Shown here piece after piece: positions 19,350 to 30,520 of a stretch of DNA of 64,000 bases (within the stretch, counting starts at the first letter, position 1; each line of letters starts with the position of its first letter). This DNA is from Rebecca billardiae RCC1528 (taxonomy: Eukaryota; Protista; Haptophyta): assembly GCA_965240325.2 (NCBI GenBank), contig OZ251223.1, positions 3,348,001-3,412,000 of the forward strand, given 5' to 3'. The notes under the pieces are model-generated. The model did no database searches, was not told the DNA's origin, and saw nothing but the letters and a program-made list of their open reading frames with translations. Both the position numbers and the translations under genes were made by a program.

Positions 19350-22300
19350 TCACGTCGGCGGCACGTCGTCACCTGGCGCGCGCCGTGCGTGGTGTCGCGT
19401 CCTGGTCGTGGTGGGGCGCGCGTGCGTGCGGATCTCCTTGACGGCGGAGGCGAACGCCAGCGTGTCGAGCGCATCCTCGACGCGACTTTCGTCCGCGCTG
19501 ATGTTGACGATCATCACGAGCTTGGCGTTCCTGTTGAGCGCGGGCTGCAGCACCCGAGTGAGCGTTGACGACTCGTACGCGAGCTCGCTGTCAGGCGCCT
19601 CCTGTGTAGTGTGTGTGAGCGCGCGCGGCGCCCCGCGCGCGCGCGCGCGCGGGTGGGCTGAGCGTGAGCGCTACAGCCCAGTCGCGTCGAGCCACCCAGC
19701 GCGGTCGCCGCCGCAGCGGCCGCAGCATGGCGCGACGGGTGCGCGCGCGCGGCCGGGCGCCGCGCGCGCACGTGCAAGAGGCCGTTCATCACGCCGGCGA
19801 GCGCCTCGAGCGATGAGTTGATGTGCCGCCCCTCGAGGGCGCGCGCCGCGTGCTGCGCGCCGCTCGGGTCGCGCGCACCGCCGGCCGGCAACGCGACCGT
19901 GCCCTTCTCCGAGCCGGCGAGGTCGACGAGGCGCAGGCTCCCCTGCGCGACCTCGCCGCTCAGCGCGTCCTCGACGCGCACGCGCACGCTCAGCACCGTG
20001 TGCGAGCGCGAGGAGCGCTCGTTCCGGCTGGTCGGCGCAAACGTGCGGAAGCAGTCGCCAATCGTCATCAGGTTGACCACGTCGTCGACGGAGCGCACGC
20101 GCGCGCGGAAGAGGCGCGCGTCGTCGAGCTCGTCCGCGGGGGCGCCGGCGGGCGAGGCGCGCTCAGGCGGGACCAGCCCGTCGCGCGCCGCCGCCGCCGC
20201 CACGGCCTCGGCGCCGCCGAGCGGCTGCCGCTCCGCCTCGGCCATCAGGTCGACCACCTCGCCGTTGTAGATCTCGACCATCGTCGCGTCCACGCGCACG
20301 CACGCCGTCGCCGCCGCCGCCTCGGCCAGCGTCATGAGCTCGACCATGGCGCGGTACGAGAGGCCGCGGTCGCGGGGAGGGCCCTGCGCCGGGCGCGCAC
20401 GGCGAGGGGCGCACGCCCGGTGGAGCGCGCATCGGCCGCGCGGCCACGGGCGCGCGCGCGACGCCGCGCACCGGGGCCGGGCGCCGCCGCGGCGCGCGCG
20501 CGGCGCGCACACCATCATCGTGTGCGTCTTGCCGCTGCCCGTCGGCCCGTACGCGAAGACGCACGCGTCGTACCCGTCCAGCACCGACTGCAGCAGCGGC
20601 CGCAGCTCGGCAAACACGAGCGCCTGCGACGCGCCCGGCGGGAAGGCGCCGTCCAGCTCGAACTCGAACTCGCGCGCGGGCGGCGGCGCCGGGCGCGCGG
20701 TCGGCGGCGAGCTCGGCGCCGCGCCGAGCGTCGGCGCGTCGGAGAGGGAGGAGCCCGCGGCGGGTGAGCTGGGCCGCGCTGCCGCGACCGCCGCGCCGCC
20801 GCGCGCGGCCTCGGCGCTCGCGCTGCCGGACGGCGCGCCGCGCGCCGCCGCCGCCATGGCGCGAGGCTGCACGAGCACAGCCCCCTCCGCGCCCACGCGC
20901 ACGGCCTCGCGCGCGCCCGAGCCGTCCGCGCGCACGCGTGCCGGCCGCACGCGGCAGAGCACGCGGATGTTGCCCATCGCCTCGCGCAGCGCGTTCGTCG
21001 CGCGCCGCCGCGCCGCCGCAGCCGTCACGTACCGCTCCTCCGCCGCGCGCCTCGCCCCCGCCTCGGCGAGCGCGCGCCGCTCCGCGGCGGCGCGCGCGCC
21101 CTCGAGCGCGTGCGCATCGCGCGCGCCGCGCTCGAGCGCGCCCGCGAGCGCACGCCGAGCTTCGGACACGTCCGCCTCCACGTCGGCGAGCGCGCCGACC
21201 AGCACGCTGCTCGCCGCGCGCGCGCGCGCGTGCGACTCTGCGAGCGCGCGCGAGCCGTGCGCGGCGATGGCGCCCACCTCCGAGCGCACGCGCCGCATGA
21301 GAGAGGAGAGCTGCGCGGTGCCGTCCGTGCGCGCGCCGTGCGCGTCCGCGCGCGCACTCGCCGCGGCCTCGGCGTGGAGGGCGACCTCCGCGTCGGCGTC
21401 GTCGAGCGCGCTCGCGAGCGCGTGCACGGCCGCGCCCCCTTCGGCCACGACGCGCGCGCTCGCCGCCTCTGCGGCCGCGGCGCGCTCGGCGTCCGCGCTG
21501 CCATGCGCCGCGCGCGCGCGCTGGCCCGCATGCCGCGCTTCCGCTTGCTCCGCGCGGCGCGCGGACGCGGCGATCTGCGCGTCGGCCGCCGCCGTGCGCG
21601 CGTCGGCCGCCTCCAACGCGCGCACCAGGCACGCCGCCTCCGCCGCCGCCCGCGCCGCCGCGGCGGTCATGCCAGCGGCCTCGGCCGCGGCGCGCGCGGC
21701 CGAGTCGTGCGCGAGCGCGCTGTCCGCGTCCGCATCGCCGAGCGCGGAGGCCAGCGCGCGCTCGAGCGCGGCGGCGCGGCGCAGCGTGGACGCCGCGCGC
21801 GCGTCTGCCCCCGCGCGCGCCTCGGCCGCCGCCTCCGCCGCCGCCTCAGCCGCCGCCCTCGCTTCCTCCGCCCCCTCGGCGCGCGCGTGCGCCGCGGACA
21901 GCTCCGCAGCGCACCCCTCGCGCGCGTCCGCGCACAGGGCGCGCGCTCGGTCCGCGGACTCCTCGGCGGCACGTCGGGCGGCGCGCTCGGACGTGAGCTC
22001 GCCGAGCGCGTCCGACGCCGCGGCGAGCGCCTCCGCGTGCGCCTCGCGCAGCGCGGCCACGCGCGCCTCGGCGTCCTCCGCCGCCGCGCGCGCCGCGCGC
22101 ACCGCCTCCGCGCCCGCCTCGAGCGCCGAGGCCTTGTCGCGCGCCGCGCGCTCCGCGGCGGCGGCGGCGGCGTGCTCGGCGTGCTCGTTGAGCCTCGCGA
22201 GCTCGGCCTCGTGCGCCGCGCGCAGCTCGCCCACGAGGGCCATCGCGCGCCCCTCCGCCTCCGCCGCGCCGTGCGCCATGTCGCGGGCCGCGCGCGCGTC

Positions 22301-23287
22301 CGAGCGCGCGCGCGCACTCTCAGCCGTCTGCTCGGCGAGCTCGGCGAGCAGCTGCCGCTCGGCGGCGTCGTGGTCGTGGGCGACGCGGCGCGCGGAGGCG
22401 GTGAGCTCGGCCCACTGGCGCGAGAGCCGCGCCTCGGCGTCGCGCGCGCGCCCCTCAGCCTCCGTCGCGCGCGCCTCGGCGCCCTCCACCGCGGCCGCGC
22501 GCTCCGCGGCAGCGAGCAGCTTCGCTTCGCCCAGCGCAGCCGCCGCGCGCGCGCGCTCGCGCTCGAGCGCGGCGCGGCCCTCGGCCTTGGCGGCGGCGGC
22601 CACCTCGGTCTCGCCCCGCACGCGCTCACTCTCGAGCTCGTCGCGCAGCCGCTCCAGATCGCGCGCGTGCGCCACCCCGGCCGCCTCGAGGCGGCGTGAG
22701 AGCGTCTCCAGCTGCGCGTGCAACCGGCGCCGCTCGCCGTCCGCCGCGGTGGCGGCGCTCCGCGCGTCCGCCTCGCGCTTGGCCGCGGCGTCCAGCCGCT
22801 CGCGAGCGAAGCCCTGGTCCGTGAGCGAGCGCTCGGCCAGCGCCACCGTGCCGCGCAGCACCTCGCGCTCGCACGCCTGCCGCTTGAGCTGCTCGTCGCG
22901 AGAGCGCAGCTCGGCCGAAAGCGCCTCCGCCGCCTGCTCGGCGCGCGCCGCCTGCTCGCGCGCGGCCTCGAGCTCGGCGTCGAGGCGGGCAGCCATGCGA
23001 TGCGATGCGTGCAGGTTGTCGTTGGACGCGAGCAGCGCGCCGCTCAGCGTCGCGATGTACTCGGGCAGGTCGGAGAGGGCCGAGGGCGGCGGCGCGCCAC
23101 GCTCTTCCGCCGTGCTATCTTTGCGCAGCCCCGGGGCGGCCTTCCCGTCGGGCGCGGCATCGGCGAGGATGGCGTGCGGGAGCTCGCGCACGAGCCGCGC
23201 GAGCGAGTCCGAGAAGCCGGGGTGCTGCCGCAGGAACGTGCGCACCTCAGGCGAGGCCACCTGCAGCTCGCTCACGTTCAAATCCAT
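19350..23287 (-). CDS. Kinesin-14 (C-terminal motor) with a long coiled-coil stalk, 3 exons
   Basis: Neck GNIRVLCRVRP, P-loop FAYGPTGSGKTHTM, NERSSRSH, LVDLAGSE, INSSL, LTRVLQPAL..MIVNIS..TLAFA. Introns 20512-20384 and 19771-19602. Alternative ATG at 23338. Confidence 0.9.
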
Positions 23288-23767
23288 GCCGCCGCCGCCG
23301 CCGCACGGGCAGGACGGGGAGGAGCACTGGACTCGCATCAGCACTTCGTTCCTCCGGACTGTCGCCTGTCATTGTCAGCACATTCTGCCACGGCCCTTGA
23401 TTCTGCCGCCCTCACCGTCGTCGGGAAAGTTCCGCGAGCTGAACATTATTCATCTCGCTCCGAGGTAGGCGTCGAGGGGAGTGTCGCGCTGGCGCGAGGC
23501 TGCCGACCAGGTCCGTCACTCCCTATGGCTACAGTACGTCCTACGAAACGTCGTATTGTCATGATCTCGCCATTACGATCTGTACGCGGCGCTGCCAAGG
23601 CAGCCGAGCAGCTCAAGTCGCAAAGTAGCGCGCGCGTGCCATCCAAGCGTGCGCGGCACGCCTCCCGTGAAGCACTCGCCCGTCGCCGCGCCATCGGCGC
23701 CGCGCCGCCGAGGCCGAGCTCCGCCTGCCACGACTCACGAGGCTGCGCCGCGCGCTCCGTCTCAGCC

Positions 23768-25138
23768 TCAGGAATGCGTCACGTTGCGCGACTGCAGCTC
23801 AGAGCGGTCCACGGCGATCACGCCGATCACCTCGGGCTGCTTCTCGTCGGCCTTGCGGTGGACGTGCAGCTGCACCCTGCTGTTCATCGGCACCTCCTCG
23901 ACCGTCGAGAGCAGGTCCTCCACCGTCGAGATGGGCACGCCGTTGGCGCGCACGATCAGGTCGCCCAGCACGAGCGACCCGTCCGGCTTGCGCCGGCAGC
24001 TGCGCCGCCGGGGCGCGCGCGGCGGCGCGGCGCGGCGCGAGGCGTGAGCGCCTTGGCGCGTGCGGTGTCGCCGGTGGCGCGCGCGCGCGCGCGGCGCACA
24101 CCCGCGTACGCCCGCCGCGTGCGCCGGCGAGCCCTCCGGCGCCTCCATGACGAGCACGCCGCCCAGCTTGCGCCCGAGCTGGCCGCTCAGATTGCGCGTG
24201 ACGGTGTCGTCGGCCACGGTGATGCCGAGGGTCGGGCGGAGCGTGCGGCCGTAGCGGATGACCTGCTGCACGATCCGGCGGACAGTGTCGATCGGGATGG
24301 CGAAGCCGATGCCCGCGCTCGCGCCCGACGGGCTGTAGATGGCCGTGTTCACGCCGATCACCTCGCCCTTTGAGTTGATCAGCGGCCCGCCCGAGTTGCC
24401 GGGGTTGATGGCCGCGTCTGTCTGCACGCAGTTCTTGATGGGCCGGCCGCCGACGCCCATCACCTCGCGGCCCAGGGCGGAGACCACGCCGGTCGTGAGC
24501 GTGCCGTCCAGGCCGAACGGGTTGCCAATCGCCACGACCGACTGCCCCACGAGCAGCCCGGCGCTCGAGCCCACCGCCAGGGGCTTGAGCTCGGCGAGGG
24601 CGGCCGGCTCTGCCTGCATCTTGAGCACGGCGATGTCCTTGTCGCGCTCGTACCCCACGAGCTTCGCGTCGTATGTGGCGGACGATGCGAGCAGGCTCAC
24701 CTTCGCGCGCTGAGCCTGCTGGATCACGTGAAAGTTGGTGACGACATGTCCTTTTGTGTCCCACACAAAGCCTGAGCCCGAGCCGCGCGGCACCTCGACA
24801 GCGTTCAGCGAGAGCGACGACTCCTTTGCAAGGATGGAGGTCTGCACGAAGCCGACGCTGGGGGCACAGCGCTGAAAAAGGTCGACCACGTTGCGCTCTG
24901 TCTCCGTCATCAGCGTCGGCGACGCGGGCGTGCACGACTCGTCGCCGGACAGCTGCAGCGAGGTCTTCAGCCGCTCGACGAGCTCATTCTTCTCGAGGCA
25001 GTCGCGGTAGTCGACGCCGCGGTCAGCCAGCAAGCGGCGCAGATCGGCACTCGAGAGCGACTCAAGCCCGCGCCTGTGCATGCGCGAAGGCCACTGCGCC
25101 AGGCGCGCCCGCACACATGGCGACCGCACGGCCAGCAT
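23768..25138 (-). CDS. DEGP: Deg/HtrA serine protease with PDZ domain (Deg1/Deg8-like), 2 exons
   Basis: GSGSGFVWD, catalytic triad in VTNFHVI, DIAVL and QTDAAINPGNSGGPL; PDZ with GSPAHAAG..GDLIV. In-frame intron 24101-24000. Arg-rich, acid-free N-terminus. Confidence 0.9.
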   Translation of the reverse strand: MLAVRSPCVRARLAQWPSRMHRRGLESLSSADLRRLLADRGVDYRDCLEKNELVERLKTSLQLSGDESCTPASPTLMTETERNVVDLFQRCAPSVGFVQTSILAKESSLSLNAVEVPRGSGSGFVWDTKGHVVTNFHVIQQAQRAKVSLLASSATYDAKLVGYERDKDIAVLKMQAEPAALAELKPLAVGSSAGLLVGQSVVAIGNPFGLDGTLTTGVVSALGREVMGVGGRPIKNCVQTDAAINPGNSGGPLINSKGEVIGVNTAIYSPSGASAGIGFAIPIDTVRRIVQQVIRYGRTLRPTLGITVADDTVTRNLSGQLGRKLGGVLVMEAPEGSPAHAAGVRGCAPRARARHRRHRTRQGAHASRRAAPPRAPRRRSCRRKPDGSLVLGDLIVRANGVPISTVEDLLSTVEEVPMNSRVQLHVHRKADEKQPEVIGVIAVDRSELQSRNVTHS

Positions 25139-25283
25139 GCTGAGTCCTGGCCCGCAATTTCGATTTCGTTTGACGTGCATTCGCGCCGCGGGAATTTCCA
25201 GCTTGACCGGCCCGCCGCGCTTCGTCAACTGCACGAGCGCGGCCTGCTTGCTCGTCCATACGTAATCGTTCGGCGACTGCGTG

Positions 25284-26234
25284 ATGAAGCGCCGCAGCGG
25301 CAAGGGCGGCGAGGACGAGGCGGCGGCCAAGCCGGCCGCGAAGCCCGTGGTTGGCAAGAAGAAGGGGACGATCGCGCCGCCGGCGACGTCTCTCGGCCGG
25401 CGCATGGCCGCAGGCGCGCTTGGCTCGTGCACCGCCGAGGCGGGCACACTCTGGCTGGACACGTGCAAGGTGAGGCTGCAGGTGGCGCCAAAGGGTGCGC
25501 CGACGTCGCTCGTGGGCATGCTTCTCTTCGTGCTGCGCAACGAGGGTGTCGCCGGCCTCTACGGCGGCCTGACCCCCGCGCTCGCCCGCCAGGCGTCGTA
25601 CCAGTCAGTCAAGATGGGCACGTTTGAGCCGATCCGTGATTCGATCGCGGGCGTGGTCGGTGTGCCGGAGACGGAGGTCGTGCCGTTCTGGATCCTGGCC
25701 CTCGCGGGCGGGCTTGCCGGCTCGATCGGCACGGTGCTTGCCACCCCCACCGAGATCGCAAAGGTGCGCCTGCAGGCGGGCGCGAGCGGCGGCGTCGTCG
25801 GCACGCTGCAGCAGCTGCACTCGGAGGTTGGCCTCGCGGGCATGTGGCTCCATCCGAGCGTGATACCCAACGTGCAGCGCTCGTTCGTGGTCAACGCGGC
25901 CGAGCTCGCGGCGTACGAGTACACGAAGAACCTGCTCGTCAAGCGCTTCAAGATGCCCGAGACCATCCTCGTGCACACGGCCGCATCGATCGCCTCCGGG
26001 CTCATGGCGGCGCTCGCGTCGACGCCTGTCGACATGGCCAAGACGCGGATGATGAATGGGGACTGCGGCGCGTCGATGGTGCATTGCCTCGCGGAGGTGG
26101 TGAATGAGTTCGGCGTGATGGCCCTCTACGCCTCGTTCTTTGCCACCTGGATGCGCCTCGCGCCGTGGAACGTGCTCAACTTCGTCTCGCTCGAGAAGTA
26201 CAAGCGCCTCTTCGCGCACCTCGACATCCTCTGA
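25284..26234 (+). CDS. Mitochondrial carrier (SLC25), UCP / oxoglutarate-carrier-like
   Basis: Three repeats: WLDTCKVRLQ, PTEIAKVRLQ, PVDMAKTRMM. Also GLYGGLTPALARQ, PNVQRSFVVNAAELAAYE and WMRLAPWN, as in the UCP/OGC subfamily. Confidence 0.9.
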   Translation: MKRRSGKGGEDEAAAKPAAKPVVGKKKGTIAPPATSLGRRMAAGALGSCTAEAGTLWLDTCKVRLQVAPKGAPTSLVGMLLFVLRNEGVAGLYGGLTPALARQASYQSVKMGTFEPIRDSIAGVVGVPETEVVPFWILALAGGLAGSIGTVLATPTEIAKVRLQAGASGGVVGTLQQLHSEVGLAGMWLHPSVIPNVQRSFVVNAAELAAYEYTKNLLVKRFKMPETILVHTAASIASGLMAALASTPVDMAKTRMMNGDCGASMVHCLAEVVNEFGVMALYASFFATWMRLAPWNVLNFVSLEKYKRLFAHLDIL

Positions 26235-26574
26235 GCCCGGCGCGCGCCGAGGGCACGGCCATGCCCGTGCGTGCGCTCTCGCGTGCGCGCACTCTGGCGG
26301 GCTGTCGGCAGTGGCGTGAGGTGCAACGCGCGCGCACGACAGGGCGGCGAGCTACCATCTTGCGCCTCCCGCCGCTTGATCCTGAGCATCGAGCACGCCC
26401 ACCGCCCACGGCTCCACGCACACATGTATACCGTGTAGCTTACTCAGGCTCAGCTGAAGTCTGAACCCGGCAACCCGCCACAAAGCTCTACGCGCACCGG
26501 CTTCATCCGGCTGCAATACCCTCTGACGGGTGATGAGGCGTGTGATATTCACTGTCATCCGAAGACACTATATA

Positions 26575-26596
26575 ATATATATATATATATATATAT
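26575..26596. repeat. (AT)n microsatellite
   Basis: About 11 AT units in a convergent spacer. Confidence 0.85.
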
Positions 26597-27529
26597 TAAC
26601 GACGTGGTATGCAACGGGCAGGCGTCAAAGTCGTCAGCAAGCTGTAGCAGCATCAGATCGAGCAGCAGAGACAAACACCAGGATCATATACGGTAGTTAC
26701 GAACCGCGAGACTGTGCGCGACCGCCGCCGCCGGCCGCGCATGTTGTGATCCGATATTGATGAGTCGCGGTCGACTCGCGGCGGAGATGTCACGGGCACG
26801 GCGGGTCAATATTTGGTGAGCGCACTTAAAATAATATATATATATTATCAGACGTACTACTAATAGTACTAAATGAAAATTCCTCGTCGCGGGCTCGGTC
26901 AATCACAATCACATTGTCGGCACTCGTCGAGTGACTCAGTGATCGAGTCGCTGGCCGTGCCGGGCGCTGCCGGCGCCGGGCGCCGCCGGTACGCCCTGTA
27001 CTAGCTAGTACGCCAGCATATCCGGCCGATATCGCGCTGAGGCGTGCGCCGCGCTGAGTGACTTCGTGAATCAGGCGCGCTAGTCTTATAACTTATTGCG
27101 CTGTGGCATTAATATCATGATGATTATAGTTATACTCCTTGCTGACGTCTGACGAATCATGCGACGGCCCGTCGGGACTCGCGGCCTCAGACTCGGTGAC
27201 GGTCCGCCCCGCATGGCCGTCCGCCGGGCGTCCGCGCGACCCGAGCGGCGACGACGCGCGCGGCGGCTTCTTAGACTCAGGGCCGACTGGGCCGAGTGTG
27301 AAAGTGTACAGCAGCAGCAGCAGCGCAGCAGTCTGCTAGCTACATGATACTTTCTCTCTGCCCCGATGCTGAAGGCCGATGCCGATAGCGATGCCCCGTA
27401 CAGTAGTGTGCGGCGTGGCCGTCCCGCTTCCGATGCAACCGATGCCGATGGCAGCTCTGCACGCGGAATGCACGCCCCACTGCCGGCACTGGACCACTGG
27501 TCACTGGTGCCACTGGCCGACTGCACCGG

Positions 27530-28471
27530 TCACAGTCTCACTGACTTGCGGACGCGATCAATGTCGTCCACCAGACGGCGCAGCCGTGTCTGAAGTTCCG
27601 TGCGGTGGAGCGCACCCGCTGCCGACAGGCGTGCGTTCTCAAGGTCGAGCAGCATCCCCTGCACATCGGCGTCGAGCGCGCCGAGTGCCGCGAGCATTTC
27701 GCTGCTGTCGGCAATGCGGTGCTGCTGCTTCTTGACGAGCGCACGCGTGCGCCGCTCGAGCTCGACGAGCTGGAGTGAGGCGTCGCGCACAACGCGTGCG
27801 CCGTCGGCCTCGCGGTGATAGCTCTCGCGGAAGAGCAGCATCAGCTTGGCCCCGTCAGCCACGCCTGCAGCTGCCAAGGGCTCGTCATCATCGCGCTCCT
27901 TGCCCTTGAAGATCAGCTTCTGCTGCTCACGCGTGGCACCCGTGAGGCCCGAGAGCCGCAGCTTGAGGTCCCGAAGGGTCGAGTCGTTGGGCACGCGGAC
28001 GCTGTGCGTCTGCCCGCCGCCCACTACCTTCACGGACATGCCCTCGCCGTCGTCCTCCTCTAGTGTATCCGCCGCGGGACCAGCAGCTTCCACTGCAGGC
28101 ACATCGGACGGATGCGCTACGCTCCCTGCGGCCCCCTCGGCGCTCCCAGCACCGACGTCGGCTGTGGCAGCACCTGCCCCGTCAGAAGCGCCCGATGGAG
28201 GCGCGCGGATGCTACTCGCGTCGAACCCCGGGCGGAAGAGCAGCATGACCTTCGCTCCCTGCTGGAAGCCCGCAGAATCCAAGCGCTCATCGTCAGCGCG
28301 CTCCTTGCCCTTGTGCAAAATTCGCTGAGTCGAGGTCGGCGCGCCGGTGGCGGTCTCGAGCTGTGTCTTCAGCTCCTTCACCGTCGAACTCGCGCTTATC
28401 TCCACCGGGTACGTCTTCCCCGCCACCACCACCTTGAGGCTCAGCGTTGCGGTGGTCGAGCTGGCCGCCAT
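27530..28471 (-). CDS. Protein with two ubiquitin-like domains and a C-terminal BAG-like helical domain
   Basis: UBL1 LKVV..STVKELKTQLETATG..QRILHKGKE..GAKVMLL and UBL2 STLRDLKLRLSGLTG..QKLIFKGKE..GAKLMLL. C-terminal ..MLLDLENA..HRTELQTRLRRLVDDID resembles BAG helices 2-3. Confidence 0.8.
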   Translation of the reverse strand: MAASSTTATLSLKVVVAGKTYPVEISASSTVKELKTQLETATGAPTSTQRILHKGKERADDERLDSAGFQQGAKVMLLFRPGFDASSIRAPPSGASDGAGAATADVGAGSAEGAAGSVAHPSDVPAVEAAGPAADTLEEDDGEGMSVKVVGGGQTHSVRVPNDSTLRDLKLRLSGLTGATREQQKLIFKGKERDDDEPLAAAGVADGAKLMLLFRESYHREADGARVVRDASLQLVELERRTRALVKKQQHRIADSSEMLAALGALDADVQGMLLDLENARLSAAGALHRTELQTRLRRLVDDIDRVRKSVRL

Positions 28472-28640
28472 GCTGGCCGCGCAAATAAAGGCGCGAAAGG
28501 CCGAAAGCCCAATACAAGTAATAAAGACCGGCCGGTGCCGCGTGGACAGTGGCACCCCGTCGTCAGCAGGGCGGGGCATCTCCAGACGCCAGGGCGCGCG
28601 TTGTGCTGCCGAGTTTGGCTGCTCTCTCGTGTTCAGCAGC

Positions 28641-30217
28641 ATGCCCGCCAAGAAGAAGCCGCAGCCGCGCCAGCAGTTCTTCAATGCGGTGCGGGACGAC
28701 AAGGCGACGCGCTCGCTGGACACCATCAGATGGTGCCTGCGCCATGGCGGCGTGAGCGTACGCGCCGAGAACGACGACGGGCACACGGCAGTGCAGATCG
28801 CGGCTGCAGCGAACAAGGTGCAGGTGCTCGAGGTGCTGTGCGACTGGGTGAAGCAGTCGGGCCTTAAGGACGATCTCGACGTCACGGACGACGAGGGTCG
28901 CACCGCGCTCATGATGGCCGCGGCAAAAGGCCACGTCGAGTGCTGCAAGATGCTGAGCAAGGCCGGCGCATCTTGGACGGCCAAGTGTGACGACGGGATG
29001 ACGGCGCGCGATTACGCGGCGAAGCGTGGGAATCAGCCGCTGATCGCGATGTTCGACGGGGGCCTCGAGGCGCTCAAGCGCGAGAAGAACGTCGAGCCGG
29101 AGGACGACGGCGACGACGCGGAGGACGAGGCGAAGAAGAAGAAGTGGAGGATGGCGAGCCTCGACGCGAACAAGCAGGCGGAGCGCGAGGCGGCGACGCA
29201 CGAGGCGCGGCTGCGCGAGCGCGATCAGATCGAGTCGACGCTGGGCACCGCGCCGGAGGCAGTCTGGCCGGAGGTCAAGGCCGTCATCGAGTCGAAGGGC
29301 CGCGAGCTGTCGATCTCGAGGCCGAGATCGGACGACATGGACCCGGCGCTGTGGCACTGCATCACGCTCAACCTGCTGCGGCTGCGGGTGGAGGACCAGT
29401 CGCTTGCGCGGCTTCCGCCGCAGCTCGGCCAGCTGAACGCGCTCGCCACGCTGATCGTCTCGCAGTGCGGACTCGTCGAGTTGCCCGACGCGGTCAGTGC
29501 GCTGACCAAGCTGCGAGTGCTCGAGGCGGCTGGCAACAAGCTGCGCACGCTCCCAGCAGCGCTTGGCTCGTGCGCGGCCCTCGAGGTGCTCCAGCTCGCG
29601 GACAACGAGCTCGAGTCGGCGGACGTGCTCGAGCAGCTCGAGGCGGTCGTGACGCTCAACCTCGATCGCAACCGCCTCGCGCGTCTGCCTCTGCCTGACT
29701 CGGAGCACCTCAAGACGATCTCTGCGGCGAGCAACCAAATCACAGAGGTGCCGGCCGCAGTCGGCCGTTTGCAGCTGCTGCGCGAGCTCACGCTCACGGA
29801 CAATCAGCTCGAGGGCCTCCCAGCCGAGCTTGCAAACCTTACGCCCAAGGTGCGTGCGCGCACCCCATCGGCCGACCGCGTACCTGCGCGTGACGGCACT
29901 GACCGCGCCCTCCTCGTGCCACCCCGGCGGGCGTGGCGCGACCACAGGTGCTGCAGGTCGTGGCCCTCAAGGGCAACCCGCTGAGTGACCCGCGCGTGCG
30001 CCGCTTCGTTGAGGATGACCGCCCGTCGATGGTCAAGGACCTCCTCGGGCACTTGAAGAAGCACGGCGGCTCGAGCGGCGCCAGCGGTGGCGGGAAGAAG
30101 GGCGGGAAGGGGAAGAAGAAGGGGAAGGAGAAGGTGCAGGAAGAGGACGAGGAGGATGGCGACGGCGACCTCGCCGCACTGCTGGCGTCGATGAATGCTG
30201 GTGACGACGATGACTGA
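28641..30217 (+). CDS. Ankyrin-repeat + leucine-rich-repeat protein (LRRC47-like LRR), 2 exons
   Basis: ANK motifs GHTAVQIAA, GRTALMMAA..GH, GMTARDYA; about 8 LRRs. Intron 29850-29947 joins LTPK|VLQVVALKGNPL. Confidence 0.85.
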
Positions 30218-30520
30218 TCATAATGCGGACACGTACACCGGTCTCACTCTCAGTGGACTCGGACCACCGCTTTACAATCAGTAGATCGATCGAGTCATCG
30301 AGCCGAGAGAGCGGTGACTAACCAGACTAAGCAGTAGTAAGTGACTAACCTGCTAGCAGTCTGAGTCGATCGTATTCGTATGATTCTAAGTATGATTCGT
30401 GGCATCACTGTGGCAGGACCAAGGCGACGAAGCCTGCTGATATCGGCGCCGCAGCACATTTCGTCAGTGAGTGCGCGCTGCGTACGATGCGAGAAGTACG
30501 CAACTGTTTATAAATAGACT

